Source: Azolla caroliniana
Lineage: Eukaryota; Plantae; Polypodiophyta
Assembly: GCA_043228905.1 (NCBI GenBank)
Contig: JBHGNT010000002.1
Span: forward strand, 22,258,001-22,322,000
Direction: 5' to 3'
Length of the DNA: 64,000 nt
Shown: positions 24,761 to 39,175 of the stretch, in pieces
How positions within the stretch are numbered: position 1 is the stretch's first letter
Layout: each line of letters opens with the position of its first letter
Notes under the pieces: model-generated
Told to the model about the DNA's origin: nothing
What the model saw: the letters and a program-made list of their open reading frames with translations, nothing else
The model's database searches: none
Made by a program: the position numbers and the translations under genes

Positions 24761-26358
24761 TTATTGGTAATCGGATGGGAGGGGATCGTGGGTGGAAGCA
24801 TGGGGATACAAGATGTATTGGTAGACGATGGCCGCAAGAGCCGCCCCGATGAGTGGGCCGACCCAGTAGATCCAGTGGTTGGTGAAGTCCCAGGCCACGA
24901 CGGCGGGGCCGAAGGATCGGGCGGGGTTCATGGACCCACCGTCGAAGGCGCCCGCGAACAGAATGTTGGCCGCCACGATGAGCCCGATGGCCAAGGGGGC
25001 CAGGATGCTCACTCCCCCCTTGGACCTGGGGTCCAACACCGTCGCATACACCGTGTACACCAGCCCGAATGTGATCACGATCTCCAGCACCACCGCCGCT
25101 CCCACACCCTCGTCCGTCGATAGCGCATGGGGCGATGTCGTCTGCATACCATTGACCATATGGATCACTCATAGAATTCGACACTTATGTATGTATCACT
25201 CCTATACAATTCGAGATCAAAACTAAACCCTAAATCCCTCTTTGTATAGAATTTGACACTATGTATCACTCATATACAATGCACTTGTGGGATCATCCTC
25301 ATCATCATGTTTACACACTTCACCATTCATACATATGGCTTTTCTATCTGTGATCCTGACATTTCTAAAAAACATTAGCATGCTACATCATATAAAATCT
25401 ACAGTAAAAATGGTTCGTTAATTTGAGCCTCCTAAAATGGCTCACATCGCCATTCCAATGGCGGTCTCCGGATGATTCATATCAATCATCATCATATGCC
25501 AGATCTTCTGACTTATCTTCAAGATAGAATTCTCACACAATGTTTAGGGTTTACCAATTCCAGATACCCTAAACCCTAAAACCCCTAGAATTCACATGGC
25601 ATCATGGGGGATGATGCATGCATGCATTCATACACTTTCATGTATACATGTGCATTTCCTTGAAATTATACTTCCATCATCCGAATGGCATGATGATGAG
25701 AAGAGATTCGGGATTTGTTGTTAAAAAAAAAAAAAAAGGTTTAGGGTTTAGGGTTTAGGGTTTAGATCTGAGGGTCTGAGGAAGCGGCTACTTACATAGC
25801 CACCGGTGACGAAGCTCAAGAGGAAGCTGCCGACGACAGCGCCGAGGAGCTGGGCGATCCAGTAGAGGATTCCCTTGAAGAGGGTGATGTGGCCGCCCAC
25901 GAAGAGGCCGAAGGTGACGGCGGGGTTGACATGGCCGCCGGAGATGTTGGCGGCGATGGAGACGGCGACGAACAGGGCGAAGCCATGGGTGAGGGCCACG
26001 CCGACCAGGCCGGCCGGGGTCAGGGAGGCGCCGCTCGTCAGTGCAGCTGAAAAAATTTGGAGGTACAGATCCAATAAATAAATAAATAACTATCAGTCAT
26101 TAAATGGAGCAGAGATCGAAATGACAGAAGAAAAGAAAAAGCAAAAAGAAAAATCGAAAGAAATTTGGTGTTTTTTTAGGGTTTTAGGGTTTTAGGGTTT
26201 CTGATTTTGCGTGCTTGGCTTTGGCTTGGGCTTTTACCGTAGGAGATGACGGATCCTTCTCCTGCGAAGACGAAGAGGAGGGTGGAGATGAACTCTGCGA
26301 GGGCGGCTTGCAGGGATGTGCCGCTGGTGATCTCATCGAAGCCTCCGATGGCAGGCAT
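24761..26358 (-). CDS. TIP: Tonoplast intrinsic protein aquaporin, 3 exons: 26358-26238, 26046-25796, 25141-24761 (250 aa)
   Basis: [13 protein letters not shown]; two NPA motifs ([18 protein letters not shown]); HWIYWVGP; GT-AG introns with consistent phases; 753 nt of coding sequence. Confidence 0.96.
25738..25765 (+). repeat. Short plant telomere-type (TTTAGGG)n run / telo-box cluster in TIP intron 2
   Basis: About 3.5 tandem TTTAGGG units; further AAACCCTA/TAGGGTTT motifs near 25225, 25545, 25570 and 26190. Confidence 0.7.
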
Positions 26359-26939
26359 TTTTTCTTCTTCTTCTTCTGCTTCTTTTAGGGTTTCCCGGGG
26401 CGGAGCGGCGGAAAAGCAGCTGGAGCCGAAGGCAGAAAAGCAAAACAGAGAGAGAGAGAGAGAGAGGAGGAGGAGGAGGAGGCAGACAGTGGGGGGGGCT
26501 CTTCACCTTTTTATGGTCTCTCTCGTTTCACACTTGGGCCCCCCCTCCCTTCCCCCAGGCCCAACGGGACGTGGTCCACACTTTGGCTGGCCATTTGTCC
26601 CGACGTGCCCGCCCCAATGGGAGGAAAAGGGCGGTTTGGGCGGTGCATGTTCTCTCTCCCAACCAACCAAACTCTACTCTACTCTACTCTCTCTTTATTC
26701 CTCTTCCTTCTTCCTTCTTCCTCTTCTTTTTTTAGCTTTTTTTTCTCCTTTATGTATATTTATTACTACTGTTTTTGTTGTTTTCTCTTCTTCCTCTTGT
26801 TCTTGTTATTTTTTTTGAACTCATTTCCCTCCTTCCTAATGTTAGTACCATACAACATACGCTCCCTTTCCCTTCCCTTTGGACGATGACATCCCTCCCT
26901 TTTTTTGGGCCTTCTGCCAACACCACATGGACCTTGGGT

Positions 26940-27022
26940 ATTATTATTGTTGTTGTTCTTGTTGTTATTGTTATTGTTATTGTTATTGTTATTGTTATTG
27001 TTATTGTTATTGTTATTGTTAT
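26940..27022. repeat. (TTATTG)n microsatellite upstream of TIP
   Basis: Directly visible; it explains the poly-N and poly-IT spurious ORFs. Confidence 0.9.
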
Positions 27023-28811
27023 TATGATCAATCATCTTTTACCACTATTAGAAGGGAAGGGCCCAGGTTTTCATATTATTATTGGTGTCCAATGTTTTTT
27101 TCCCATACACCATTCCCTACGCGCCCCCCCCCCCCCCCCCCCCATGTGACATGCTCTCACTCCATGTGGATGCTCTCGCTCGACTCACACCACTCCTTAC
27201 ATTTATAATTGAGCTTCACATGCTCTCATAGACCCCGGGATATTCTCTCTCCTATGGGCCCCCGTTCCTATGCATCTTATGCCCCCCTTCCCACCCCCAC
27301 TAAATTGTGAGTTGTATTCGTTACACCACGCACGTCAGTTGCTGTTGTCATGCTTTACTTTGTCCTCCACTGCATCGAGCTTAGCCATTGTCATTTTCAT
27401 GGTCTTGTAAGTTGCCTCCACAATTTCCTCGACCACTTTGGCTTGTCTACATCTGAGTTGATTCATACCTTTCATTGGCTTTAGACGACCACATCCTTGA
27501 TGTGGATCGAGGGGCCTCCACACCATTAGCTTTATGTTGCCTCACGATGGGTTTACTTGGACAATGCTTTTCATTTTTTGTTTTCTTAATGTACCCTTGG
27601 TCTAGATCCTACATATTTTTATAAATTAAGGTTGTGTGCTTCCACATGCCTTCCCATTATCCATGGAATTTCCCATCTTGTTTGATTATTTGAAGTGTGT
27701 GTTCATATGTTTCCATAGTGAGGTCATTTATTCAATGTGATTCCATACATGTTTTGAGAAAATGGCACCTTTCAATTCTTTGGAAATTTGACTATCAATG
27801 TTTTTCCCGCCATTTGTGATTTATTATAGGGTGTTCCATCAACCTTGCATTCCTTACACCTCGTTTTTTGCAAGAATAAACTTAAACCACTACAATATGC
27901 TTGTATGCTTTTGTGTGCATGTTTCTTTAGTCAGAATCCACGATTCATCTCTTGATCTACTGTATCGATCTCATTATAAAGATCCTTTAATTTTTCGTCA
28001 ATTTCAATTGATTGATTGGAAAATGGTGCTTTTCACTATGCTCATGATCCAGCCCAATGTGATTTGGACTATGGCTATATTATTTATGATGCTTTTATAG
28101 TGTGTTCAATCATCAATAGTGCGTATGTCTATATAAAATATCATTTCTGTACGACAAAAATTCATCCACATTTTGGAAATATGCTTTTGATAGAGCAACT
28201 TGGAAATTGTCAGTGTGTCACCTCAAACTTACTATAATGTAACAAATTTTTAAGAATTTATCGTAATCCTCACACTTTTTTGGGTGCATTTTACATGGAT
28301 AAAAAACATGAATGTGGTGCAAAAATAGAGCATTTATTTGATACAACATGTGTTTCATTATTTGTTTTACCTATATCTTTTTTATACCACATAAAGGTTG
28401 ATTTTAAAAGTTTCAAATTTGGAGCGTGATGAGCTCCTTTCCAATAAAAGTTACATCACATGTTTTAGCTGTTAGTGAACAATAGTAATCACACACACGA
28501 CACACACATACAGCTCACGTAAACTGTATTTTTGTAGACCTTCCATGCATAAAAACTTCCCCGTCTTAAAGAGGATCGTTGAATATATCAGGACTTGAGT
28601 AGCATGATTTTTTTATTTAGTTGCAAAACAAGTTTCTCATGGGCCCCGCAAGCTACTTCCACAGTTTGTTGCGGCTTTTAAACCTATTTAATGTTTCGTC
28701 ATCACGATCTCTTAAAAAAACCTCGAGAAAACCTGGTCAACTTCTTAGGAAAAAAGATCAACATGGAACCACTATCATCTATCTACTTATGGCCCATGGG
28801 TTCTATTTATA

Positions 28812-28849
<38 letters not shown>

Positions 28850-30131
28850 GATATTGGTATGTGAAGCGAGTTTAAATATTAATAGTAAGTGTTCATGTGC
28901 CTCAGGACTCTAATCCCCTTATTTCTTTTATCTGCATTAACATTGTGGCATCCTTATCTCTTCAAACTCATCCTTTCAACAACCCCCATTCAATTCAATT
29001 GTTTAATGATCCCAATGCATTATTTCTATCTTTCTACCCTATTTCCCAAACACCAATATCCTTTTCTCATGTGCTCCTCTTATCTTCTTTCCTTTCTGAA
29101 CACCATTGACCACTCGACTGATAATAATTTATTGCTCTCGACCCACCTCTAGAGATCGGGGACCCATTTTTGTCCCTCACTTTAGATTCCTATTACCTTC
29201 TTCGACTTTTCCCTCCATCTTTTTTTCAATCCCTCCTCGAAATTCCAATAGCCAACTCTGTAGTAAAAACATATGTACCAAAGGACGTATTGTAGTAAAT
29301 TTGTCAATCCCAAAGAAAAATTGCAAGGCCCACCCCTATTATTGCTCGTTGTTACGGTTCTTTATGCTCTAACTTTTTTCATTATAAATATTCGTTGTCA
29401 CCTTTGTGTGATGTTTTGTCGTACTTTCATTTATGATAGTAACAAAATGTAATGTGCCACATCCCCCCATATCACGGTTATTTATATACCATTGTACGTG
29501 ATGCTTGCTATGATGCAAATATTATAACTTGAAGAGTATTCTCACAAACGAAAAGTCTCACAATGCTATGATATTTTTTTTCGTGTTTAGAGTTTAGAAA
29601 ATACAATAGAGTTTGGACACTCTCGTTTCTTCCCGAGCAAATGAACTAATGTCGAATATACTCACGTTGCAAACAATTATTTGGAAGCTTTTTGATCGAC
29701 CAGTCTGGCTATCAACTCCAAACTGATTATTTAATCAATCATCACACAATTTAAGCATATGTCAACTTATCAAATTGCGTCAATTGTCCCCACTATGCAC
29801 GACATCCTTGATACGAATTTATTGTATACAATTCTCCTTGAGCTCCCATGAAGTTCTCCTTGCTAGATAATAATCAAGAGTGTAAGAGCAACAATATCTC
29901 TAATAATGTCTCACGAGAAATAAATGAAAACATGTGTAAGACATTTAGTCTATTCAACAAGTAATTATAAATATAGTTCTCCACAACTTGTACTTAAGAA
30001 GGTGAAATTAAAATTTGGTATTGTGTGTATTGTTTGTGGCATGTGGACACACTTTCACTAGAAAGAACTAAGGAGTAAGATAATAATAAAATACTTGAAC
30101 TTTTTATTTATTTTCCAAATCTCCCTTAGTC

Positions 30132-30191
<60 letters not shown>

Positions 30192-31179
30192 TCATACATT
30201 TCTCCTCTTCTCTCTCTCCATTGCTCAAAGTCCTTTAAGTGTATGTGCTCTATACTTCCATTCATAATACGTAAAAGGTGTTGCAAGTTTGGTCGACATA
30301 AAAGCAATTCCTATGTGGACAAGGTGCCTGTATAGCTTATTTGTGAAAACTATTGAATCAATTTTACTTCAAGCTTATGCACTTATTATGGTACTAAATC
30401 GAGAACCATTAGTTAAGAGCCCAATTCTCATGCACCAATTTTACCATGGACTCCCTCCCACTCACGCTCAAATGAAACTTTCACTTTCACATTGTATAAA
30501 AGCCTCAAATTAACTTCTTAGAATTTCATGGGAAAGAAGTTAAAAATATGAAAGACGTGTAAAAGCAAAATATTAAATTTTCAATAGATGCAATATACAA
30601 CGAAATGGTTTCAAAGATGGGTGCATTACATTAGCTTCACAATTCCTAACTCGTTTCATAACAACCAATATGTTACAACTTGAGAGAGATGTAGAGGCTC
30701 ACGCTTCACTTGTTACCTTATGTTGGATCCAAGCTAAAAAAACCCGGATTATTCTCTGAAATTGAATTGCACATCACCCATAGAAGTTAGAGCCCATCCT
30801 TTATCAACCATCCAAACCAACAATTCCATATGGTTTTAGTCACATTCTCTTTGATGCAAGATGGGGCATTGGGTCACCGGTGATGAGATTAATTGACCGC
30901 GAATACTTTTACTTTGGATTTCTTTTGCAAGACTACCATGTTGCAATCCTCCACCTTGGATCCCATTTGAGTTTACTTTTCCATATCTTCAAACAATGAC
31001 CTATTCCAACACAAATATCTTGCTTAGTCCCAACGCATGGCAATTAACTACTAGAAATCTTGAACATTGAGAGTTAATTATTAACTCCACCTATATAACA
31101 TGTCATAATCCTCCACTTTGGTCCTATACCTCAATGAAGAGTATTGTTTATCTAATATCGCTCTCTCTTGATCGAAAAT

Positions 31180-31223
<44 letters not shown>

Positions 31224-32329
31224 TAGATTAGATTAGATAATTTTGTGTCCATACAAAGGCCAATATTTATCCATGGGACCTATATTCCTTATGTGTGTCT
31301 CCTTCCTAAGAAAGGATATTCATACTTTGAAGCACAATGCCTCAATGTACGAAATTTGAATAAGGCATATACATATTAGCTCAACCTTCTAGGTGTTCTC
31401 GTTAGAGAGAGGGAGGGATCTTCGAGAGATGAAAGAAAGAAAGAATGTCATATTAAAACGTCTTTTAAGAGGCCAAAATGGCCTATAAGCCCAAACAAGA
31501 GATTCTATCTTAAGCGGTGTCTCGTCTTTCAAGGGAGAATGACTTTAGAGATAGGGAGATAGAGTTGTGTCACATGAGATAATAATGACTAGAGTTTGAG
31601 GAGTTAGAAGATATCTCAATGACACGTGTAGTCCTTGAGTTCCATGACCTTGTTACCTTCTTGGGATTTGGATTATCTCTAAAAGGTAGTTGAGAAGGAC
31701 AATACATCATATTTATAGGCAACCTATAGATGGCCTATATGAAGGTGAACTTATAGGGGTTAAACTTTGAGCCCGATTGTTACAAGTCACTTAAACACTT
31801 GGGAAATTTCTTAGTGCCAAATGCCAAAAATGTAAAAAAGAAAGAAAGATGAAATGCATGTTTTTCATTGAAGCATATATTTTATCCTTTGTGCATTAGC
31901 ATTTGAAAACTATGCTTTAAAAGAAAATTACACAAACTTGACCACACCATATTTGTTGAGATGAACATTGTTGATATAAATGTAGCCTATTATTGCATAC
32001 ATGAATGTTATGGTAAGTAGGTGACAAACAACCACTAGTTTCTACATGGTAAAACTTTCTCTCGAGCGTGATGTGTTAGCAAATGTAACTCTATTTCTTG
32101 TCACTTATGTTGTTTTGAATTGTCGTGGCGCACTAACTATTGTGATCCCTATATAACATTTTAATCCATAACCTCTACTTGATCTCATGCCAAGGAGTTG
32201 TTGAGCATTTGTTTTATCATTAAGTCTCATATCAGTCTAGAATGATGTCATCTACACATAACATTCGCATATGAACTTTTGAACTTGAAAGGTCATATCC
32301 ATCTCCTTGTCAATTCGCTTGCTTAGCAT

Positions 32330-33381
32330 GGCATGGATCTCCATGATGACCCACTCATTTGGGGGGGACATGGACTATTATGATACATAACATGATCAAT
32401 GTGACCAGTTTCACAACCCAATGAACGTCATGATTGACGATTCTCTTGATCAACGCTATGTGAACAAAGCACATTGGCTACTCAATCGACCGAATTTGCG
32501 TAATCACACTCCCTTGAACAAGAGCCTTGAACAATCAACATAGCTTTGATGGGACACCATGGAATGACATGCCAACAACTTAGGAAGCTCAAATTTCTTG
32601 ATAGTCATAACTTTAGTGTACCAATATCATAGACATATGCAGGAAAGACATCCCTACATATGTCTATGATCACCTAAAGAAGCAAATATTTTGCTCAACC
32701 TAAAAGAAGTATCATATCACCTAATTCAAATATAATGATTACATGGTGCAACATTACGCCTTCACGATGAACATGTGGTTGAGTTGAAAAGCTTCATAAA
32801 AGCAGGTCATGACGACCGATAAGAAGAGGCCATGAATGAGGACATGCAAGCTCCCTACAATATTGACATGTAGAACCTTATATTGAATTTGCCAGACTTG
32901 CACCAATCACTAAATGATAGATATTTGGCACCAACAAAATCATACATTTGGCATATATCCACATGATGTACCAAGCTTGAGGGGAAGTATAAGACTCTAA
33001 TAGGAGCATGAGTTAAGAAAAACCAACCTCATCATTTGTTTTAGGGTACATGGTTGAGTGTAAAGGAGGGTTGTTGAGGCAACAAGCCAAACCATAGCTT
33101 GTATGTGAGCGTAGCCTCCTAAGGGGATGAGTATGTGTTAAAGTCCATCATTAACTTAATAAATGGTACATGGCTTTGCATCAGTGAAGGGAATACTTTA
33201 GATGTAATATTCTCTCCTATCATTATTAGATTAATCCTAACTTTTATGTGTACTTACACACACAACCTATATAAACAAGCATATTTTCTTGTATAAATGT
33301 AACGATTATTGTAGCTTTGTCATCGACACTGTGGTCTTCCCTCGTTTTGCTCAATATTATTGTCTTTGGTGTATAATTCTC

Positions 33382-33412
<31 letters not shown>

Positions 33413-33480
33413 AATACACACACATATCCTACTTGATCTATTTCACTACGTCAAAGTATATTCTATAGATATTTGCAATT
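32330..33480 (+). mobile_element. Strongly deleted Copia-like remnant with PPT and probable LTR
   Basis: EAMNEDMQA-like remnant near 32825; PPT-like CTTGAGGGGAAG and AAAGGAGGGT followed by TGTTGAG at about 33071; layout resembles the Copia at 15890-16393. Confidence 0.4.
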
Positions 33481-36400
33481 CATATTCTCAATATTGTTCT
33501 CCATATTCTCAATGAACTACCATTGATTGGATAGGGCAGGTTTTCCTTGTGTAGGAGATATCAAACTAGAGTTTGATACTTGTTCACTCTCTCCAAACTT
33601 CCTCAACCAATCTTCATCAAACTTCAAATTGGCTATCACATGTATTGAGATTGACTTAAAATAGCTATAAATTAAGAAAACATGTGATAATACAAATGTA
33701 TTGAGATTGACTTAATGGATATAAATTAAGAAAACACGTGATAACAAAAATGATGGATGTCTCACATATGATGTGTTCCTCGACTCCATCTTGAATCCTT
33801 TGAAAATCATGCAAACATATTTAGTTTAAGATAGAAACATCTCGCATTCCTTTGATACATCTATAACATTGAAAGAAGTGCAACAAACCCAAATTGATAA
33901 TCTTAAAACCCATAACTCAACTTCTGCTTGATCGAACCTAGTCAATTGACCTCTACGCTATGCATGACCTCAATTTTGGCAACACAACACAAGGATCACT
34001 AGCAACCAATATCTACCAACAAACATCTAAATCCAACACAATTGAGGAATTCATTCATCCATCCACCCACCCATACTAAGCCTTTGTTGTCTACCCGAAG
34101 CTAAGCACAACTTTCCATTCCCTCAAGAACTTGCCTTTTTAATCAAGTAGCTCAAAACCCAAATGATTGCTTCACCAACACCTCCTCTCTTGAGATAGAG
34201 ATTTGGAACGGTGGACCATGTAGTATATTGGGTTGTTCGTGTCATAAGCATTTCAAATGGTTCAAACCCTTGCACCTTGGATCCATCATTGCCTCCTCCC
34301 AAAGTTTGGCTATTGATATTCACACAGTATGTTGAGTTTTCCCATATATGTCTAAATATGTTCATGAGACACCATATCAAAAGTTTTCATGAAGTCTACA
34401 AAGCAACAATATAATCCTATACCTTTCAAACAATTTTCCTCGGCTATGATTTGAAGAGTGACAAGGTGATCAATGATGCTTTCAAAAACCTTCTTATACA
34501 CGTTCGTTTTTTGCTCTCTTTAGTCCATACACATGTCTTTGCTTCCAGTACATATCCAAATAACTTAAGTATATATTGCTTATATTATCCATGAATGTGT
34601 GATAGTAGTTTATACTATTTATATATTCCCTTATGTCCCCCTTATGTAAATGTTTGAACCAATTTGCGTTATAATCGTGTGTCATGTTATGCTAGAATAT
34701 GATTAAAACATGTCACTTTTTCCAGCCATTTGAACATATCTACGATACCTTGAACATCTCTTCTATTGAGAGTGCCCATTTTGTAAGTCCTCCCAATAAT
34801 AAAGACGGAAAACATGCATGAAAGAGATGTGTTTTTCCTTCTCTTTTGATATTTTTTGCTTTTTTTGGAACAAGTCTTTCTATGCACGTAAATACTTTTG
34901 ATGGTTCCTCTTACCTTTGGTTACGTCTCAACTCATCAAGTATCTTTAAACTCCTTGGCATTCCTTATCAAACCAATTTAGGACATTGAAAATGTAACTA
35001 GGTCATGCAACGAAGAGTGGGTCATGCTACTTCAAAGAGATTTGAACAAGACATTCTATAGTATCATTTAGTTAAGCTACACCATTAATGGGATTCCGAT
35101 CCTAAATCCCACTCCATATATACCCTCGGGCAATTCTTTATGCAGTAAAGCAATGAAGCCAATAAAGCAATTGCCAAAGTTATGCGGAAATTAGCGTTAT
35201 TTGCAAGAGTTGGAGCTTGATGGATGGGTGCAAATATGTGCTGATTACAATTCCCTTGTTAATAAAGAATTGGCAATAAAATATATATTTTTCAATGAGG
35301 TCAATAAAGAAGCTACCAAAGTTATGCGGATCGATCGGGTAAGTGTTGCCTGATCAACCCCCTCGAGTATAGTCATAATTGGAGACACGACTTGATCTTA
35401 TTGCCTTCGAGAGATGGGTGCTCTTTATTTTCTTGATTTTGGTAAACGCCCCTAGCAATAGTGTAGGCCCGATTGATATGGTGAGCTCATGATTCATCTA
35501 TATGTATAATGTATGGGGCAAAGCTATTCGAGCAAGCAATGGGCATGGGTACCCTTTTTCTCTCTTTCTTCTTCTTCTTCTTCTTCTTCTTCTTCTTCTT
35601 CTTCTGGGGGTTGGTTTAGTGTCCTGCGGGGGCATTTCGGCGAATTATGGAAAACCCAACCTCCTTTGAAAATTCCCTCTCTTTCCTCTCTCTCTCTCTC
35701 TCTCTCTCTGAGACAAATCAGAGAAAAGCGGCTCCATCCCGTCGCGAACGAGATGCAACAGAAAGGAGCTCAAAAAAGGTATGTGACACACTCATTCCAT
35801 TCTGTTCTTGAGTGCCTGTTTTACTCAATGGATGAATTCCTCTCTCTCTGTCTCTCTGTGTGTGTGTGTGTTTAACCTAATTTATGTTTTTCCTAATGAA
35901 GAATGTATGAGAATATGTCTCTCTGAGAGTATGCGGATGTCCCAAAGCTATTTAGTTTGAAAAACTAAATTTTTTTCGTTTGTCTCATACTCAGTTTCTT
36001 CATTTGAGCTTCTAGTTTGCGATGTTTGTTCCATATCCATCTTCTATTGCAGAATATTCTTATGTTTGAAGTGACAAAAAGAAATGCGTACACACATTTA
36101 TATCATCCAACTTAGAAAGCTCGAACCAGAGAACAGGTTACGAGAAGCCTCAACTTGGAAAACTGGTATCAAAGTAAACGTTCTCTGTTTTTGAAGTATA
36201 AAAGCCCCAACTTACAAAGGTTACATTACAGAAATTTACATTAATACAAGAAGCCTCAACGTAGAAAAGGTTATATCGAAAATTTGGTGACAAGTAGGTT
36301 CAACCATACTGAGATCATACAGGAAAAATGGGTCCAAAAATCCTATACTTGCAAGAGTCATGCCATAAGAATCAATGAAATATCTATCAACCTTGGAAAT

Positions 36401-37100
36401 GTCACATCCAGCTCTAAACAACTTCTAGAGATTGTGGATGCAAAAAATTTGCTTTGTAAACAGATTTTGTCATTCCATTTCGTAACAAGCAGCTTGAGAC
36501 AGTATTATGTTTCCCGTTGCATTTGTTTGCAGTGGGGTTGGGTTGCAAGGAGGTTGAACTTAGAAAGCTCATAATGATAAATGGGTGCAAGAAACATCAA
36601 GTTACAAAACTCATAGTAAAGAGCCTAGGTGAAAGAGGTTTAAACCTCAAAAAAACTTGTCACAAGTGGAAAGGTTCACTTACAAATATGTTTAGTAATG
36701 GTGCATGTACGATGTTACAAATGGTCAGGATACAGAGGAATTTCTGTGGTGCTTTCAAATTATATTTGAAAAGAGATCGACTTTGTTTTAATATCAGAAC
36801 ATTCATATGCATCTAGATTATGGAACCTGTACAAGCAACAAAATAGACTTTTCAGCATAATGTTTTCATCAAAATTTAATTAAAAACATCTTATCTTGTA
36901 GATTGTGGATGTTGCCTTTAAAGGTTTTAAGATGGTTTTTGAATACTGCAAGTACATAATTACTCTAAACATTTTTTCACCATAATTATACATAGCTTGG
37001 TACAGAGTCATGGACAACAGAGGAAAAAAATGGTTCAAATTTAAGGCGATGTCCTCTTAGAGTACATCAGACATCATCAGGATGTGTTTTGAAGAGTTTT

Positions 37101-39175
37101 TCATCTTTCTGCCAATCTATATATTAACCAGTTCGGGTTTTCAACATTAGAATTTTTCATCTTTAAGCTGGTATCAGAATTCTCTATGCATGAAATACCT
37201 TGTCACATCAGGAAAATTCAATGAAATGACGATTTTGCACTGCACATAATTCATCTCATTCACCACAGGCATTCATGTTAGATATAGACCATCTCTACTA
37301 GCTAGATGGAACTTTAACAACATGACTTTCTTTGCATACATATTTGAAGAAACGTAAAGTATGTAGCAAGAAAAGGAAGCACACTTTAAGAAACATAAAC
37401 AATGAAAGAGAGAGGTTTACCTCGCCAGAAGCAGTCCTTAATTTCATTTGTTGAGAAACCTGAAACAAGAAAATGACAAGGAAAAAAATATTAAATCCAT
37501 TAATTATTTACTGATAAATGAAACTTAGTTAATAAGCACCTTTGAATATGTTGGGCAAAGATGTGCCAAAGTAAACAAATCTCCAACGTAAGCCCCAAAT
37601 TAAAGAGCTAGGAACTTGAAGGGGGTGTAGATTACTTTCGTAATCAGCAAATACCTGAAAAACGTTCCCGAATATGTAAAAAGAATTCATGGAAAAAAGA
37701 AAACATGAGAAGGTAACATTAGTATAGTTCTAAATACCTCATTAACCTGAAAGTAAGTTCCATTTAAGGGGAAGCTCCCATGCATTGCAGTTCTGCAGGG
37801 AATCTGTATGACTATCAGTTTATATGAATAAATAATAAAATCCAAGTAATATATGTAAATAATACTCTCATCATTCATCAGAACTGCATTTTAATAGTCA
37901 TTAGTATAATAGGTTTAACACTTAAAAACATTTGAAAGGGCTAGTATAATGCGTTTGGTCTTCAAGAAAACTTTGTGAAATATTTTGGGCTCAATTCTAG
38001 ATAATATTATGGCAAAAAGCACGAGTCATTTATCATCACGATAAACATTTAGTTCCCTGAGTTTGAAATGTTTTGTGCGCTGTCACCACTACAGAGTTAA
38101 AACATGATACAAATTTATTGTTCGCCCTCTAGATTATTAACACATAAGGCAGTAAACCGAAAATATATTCTTACTAGAAAGGTCCCTGCAACAGTCTCAT
38201 CAGCACCAGATGAGCTGCTGCAGGTGTAAGCAAATTCATCCCTGCAGAGCTCATCAATTTCCTGCTGAGGCTCTAGAGTTTCACCTGTGTGAAAATAATG
38301 AGCCTTATAGAACACAATCTAACAGTTGGTAAAGCATAATAATAACTGTTAAAGATGTTTAATTCATGCAATCCATATGGCTCTGAGAGCATGCATTAAA
38401 ATTATTCCTTGCCAAGGTCTAGGAAGGTTTTGACAATACATGCTATCTACACTTCTAAGTCTGTTTTCTCAGTGTTGAAAAGCTCTGTTTGTGAAATACA
38501 AAACATAGTCCTATGTACAGTGGAATGAAGGTGAAATCTTCTATATGGATTTGAAGCATAATGCATTCTATTACCTCTATCAAGAGAAAGCTTGTCTTCT
38601 ATTTAACATACAAAGTTGTGAACTACCTGGACCCCAAATTGCTAGCAGATAACAACATGGATCATCCTTCTCTCGGGGATCCACCTATTTCATGTGATTT
38701 AGTATGAGTGTGTTTTAGAAGGTTTTCATACAAATTGGTTGAATAATGAAAAAAACTACAGACCTTACTGCTTTTAGAAGGCGATGATCATCAGGTATCT
38801 CATACCTACAAAACCAAAGCGAGGAAATGCATGATTGAATCAACACTCCATATGAACATTGATGAACAAAATAATTTAAACTAAATGAGGAAACATAGCG
38901 TACAGTTTAGAATGCATGAAGAAGATAACTTACACATAATAGATGGTTCTCATGCGTCTGATATTCTTTAATGGTGGAGCAAGAATTTGAGCTGCGTCAT
39001 GTACCACCACCACATTAGCAGTCTCGTATAGTTCTACAATATCAGTTTGATATACAGGTGTACATGCTACATCAGATTTTGTTATACATTGAGAAGTACA
39101 ACGAGGTACTCCTTGTGATGTTGATGGAAGATCATTGTTACAACATCCATGTTGAGAAAAACTGTTATCCTTCAT
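37101..39175 (-). CDS. DML: DEMETER/ROS1-family DNA demethylase, C-terminal exons: (<=39187)-38934, 38805-38769, 38684-38627, 38284-38175, 37803-37738, 37654-37540, 37459-37421, 37198-37101
   Basis: Spliced translation PLKNIRRMRTIYYVYEIPDDH..DPREKDDPCCYLLAIWGPGE..GTFLIPCRTAMHGSFPLNGTYFQVNEVFADYES..VYFGTSLPNIFKG..CFWRG matches the DME/ROS1 C-terminal domain. All introns are GT-AG and in phase. The last exon and the 5' start are less certain. Confidence 0.9.

Noticed and set aside
25738-25765. Interstitial telomere or chromosome fusion scar
   Set aside because: Only about 3.5 units, inside an intron; better treated as telo-boxes.
26246-27208. ORFs with poly-N, poly-IT, poly-CY and poly-VI tracts
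   Set aside because: Translations of microsatellites and of the TIP antisense strand.
27335-27526. 63-aa ORF with a coiled-coil-like C-terminus
   Set aside because: Too short, with no recognisable family or supporting exons.
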